Under the pieces are notes generated by a model. It made no database searches. It was given only the letters and a program-made list of their open reading frames with translations, and was not told the DNA's origin. Shown here piece after piece: positions 62,209 to 64,000 of a stretch of 64,000 nt of DNA. Both the position numbers and the translations under genes were made by a program. Location: contig OZ024759.1 of assembly GCA_964016885.1 (NCBI GenBank), forward strand, positions 32,860,001-32,924,000, in the 5' to 3' direction. Every line of letters starts with the position of its first letter. The stretch's first letter is position 1. Source of the DNA: Eledone cirrhosa. Taxonomy: Eukaryota.

Positions 62209-63343
62209 GTTATTGTTATCATCATCATCATTATTTACGAAGCATTAATGAACGATGGAAATATTGATTCGGTTGGACTGATATAAAACAGCGCGGCGCC
62301 TTAAATATTTTGGCAAAGCAACAACATGGACGACGAGAGGGAGAAAGAGAGAGAGAATTATTATTATTATTATTATTAGTAGTAGTAGTAGTATTAGGAG
62401 GAGGATACGGCGGTCGATTGGATCAATCGTGGCGACAGAGAGAAAGAAACATTGGAAAAACAAATGGAAAAACAATACCAAAACAACCACCAAACCCCTA
62501 AAATTATACCATGTACAACAGATTGGTAAAATGTCAAGTTGACCCCAGTGGGAGATTTATAATTATCAGAAAGTGGAGGAGGATAAAGAACATATGGAAG
62601 AGAGGAGGAATGTAGGAGCGGGAAACGGATCAGGGACTATGGAAGAGCAGAAGAAGCGAGAGAATTAACGTGAAAAACCGATTATATGTTACACACAATA
62701 TTGTTGCAGCCACAAACGTTGACTCACTTCATTAAATGGTATTTTGTGAAATTTATCATTCAGTATATGACATTTATTGTTGATCTTGTGGCTGTTGTTG
62801 GTTTTGTAGTTGTCGTTGTTGGTGTTGTTGATGTTATCGTTGTTACCGTCGTTGTTGTTATTGCTGTTATTATTGTCAGTGTTGCTGTTATTATAGTCAT
62901 TGTTGTCGATGATGTTGTTGTCGTTTATATAGTTGTTACTGTTGTACTCTTCGTTGTTGTTGTTGTTGGTGTTTGTTTTTTGTGTGTTGTTTCCTGCATA
63001 AATGTATCTAGGACTACATTATCTCATGTGCTTTACACAAAACAACGTAATACACGAATTTCAATATAACAACTGAAAGTTATAAACATCACAACTGCAA
63101 CTATTACATAGGAAGAAAGGGCACAACCTTTTCTTATGGATTTAACACGGAAATACATTTAGGCAAATTGCATTACATGTTAGGGAACAAAACTGGCTGG
63201 AAAGAAATATTAATTGATAACAGTACTACATTATTACATAACCCCCTACAACCCTTTTCCCCCAACCCCCACTAGAAATAACAACAACCCTAAAGAAGAT
63301 TAATTATGTGAAGTTTATAACCAGAAGAAGGGAGGTAGGGGTA

Positions 63344-63790
63344 AAAGCCAAACTCGCCATCTTTAATTAGGTTTCCGTGCCATCCATTAGTTATGGTCAT
63401 GAATCTTGGGTAACAACCAAGAGAATATAATCTCGAATACAAGCGGCCGAAATGGGATTCCTTCGAAGAGTCTTTGGAGTAACGTTACTCGATAAAGTGC
63501 GTAACTTGGAGATCAGAGAGCCACTACTCCTTCGAATTGAGAGATCACAACTCCAATACTATGGACATGTGGTTAGAATGTCTCAGGAAAGAATCAGCGG
63601 AGAGTCACTCCAGGTAGAGCTGCTACTTCTCCGAATCGAGAGATCACAACTCCAATACTATGGACATGTCATTAGAATGTCTCAGGAAAGAATCACCGGA
63701 CAGATTTTATGGGCAAAACCAACAAGTAGGAAACCCAGGGGTAGACCTAGGCCAGATGGTTGGATAACACCCATGAGCTTGACTGGTCAC
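63344..63790 (+). pseudogene. RTE-clade (Expander/Rex3-like) LINE ORF C-terminal relic
   Basis: SYGHESW...SRIQAAEMGFLRRVFGVTLLDKVRN...LLLRIERSQLQYYGHV.RM...PTSRKPRGRPR; in-frame stops and an internal duplication. Confidence 0.88.
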
Positions 63791-64000
63791 GTTACATGTT
63801 TAGAATGATTAAGAAGTTATGTAATAACCTTTCAAAAGATCCTGAGTATTTTCGGATTTTCGTGAAAATTTCTGTCAAATCAAGTTTGTCTGATGACTTA
63901 ATTAATTGAATAATTAATCTATAGAATAACAAACAGATGATATAATTAGGAATATCAGATTGACAATGTCACCTCTCACATTTCTCTCTACCTCCATTTC

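Overview
Eukaryotic, very AT-rich intergenic or intronic DNA saturated with microsatellites: (TA)n, (CA)n, (GA)n, (GATA)n and trinucleotide arrays. The SINE/LINE repertoire resembles that of a coleoid cephalopod such as Octopus; this is inference. I can support no host protein-coding gene, and almost all ORF-track entries are translations of simple repeats. Recognisable content: two internally deleted L1/Tx1-clade LINE relics, a CR1/L2-type 3' end, an RTE (Expander/Rex3-like) relic, three copies of a bipartite RTE-derived non-autonomous element, many tRNA-derived SINE fragments, a ~6.3 kb 41-bp satellite and a TGACG(T)-rich minisatellite. The main signal is a dense population of short non-coding elements inserted in (TA)n arrays. 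They belong to at least 8 unrelated sequence families and carry type I hammerhead ribozyme (HHR) folds or HHR 3' halves that I could pair by hand. Many have a fold-back palindrome at the 5' end, in three families turning at or beside the ribozyme core, and several share a TTGAGTRC motif near the 3' end. They look like Penelope-like-element pLTR or retrozyme-type derivatives. All folds were derived by eye, without software or database searches.
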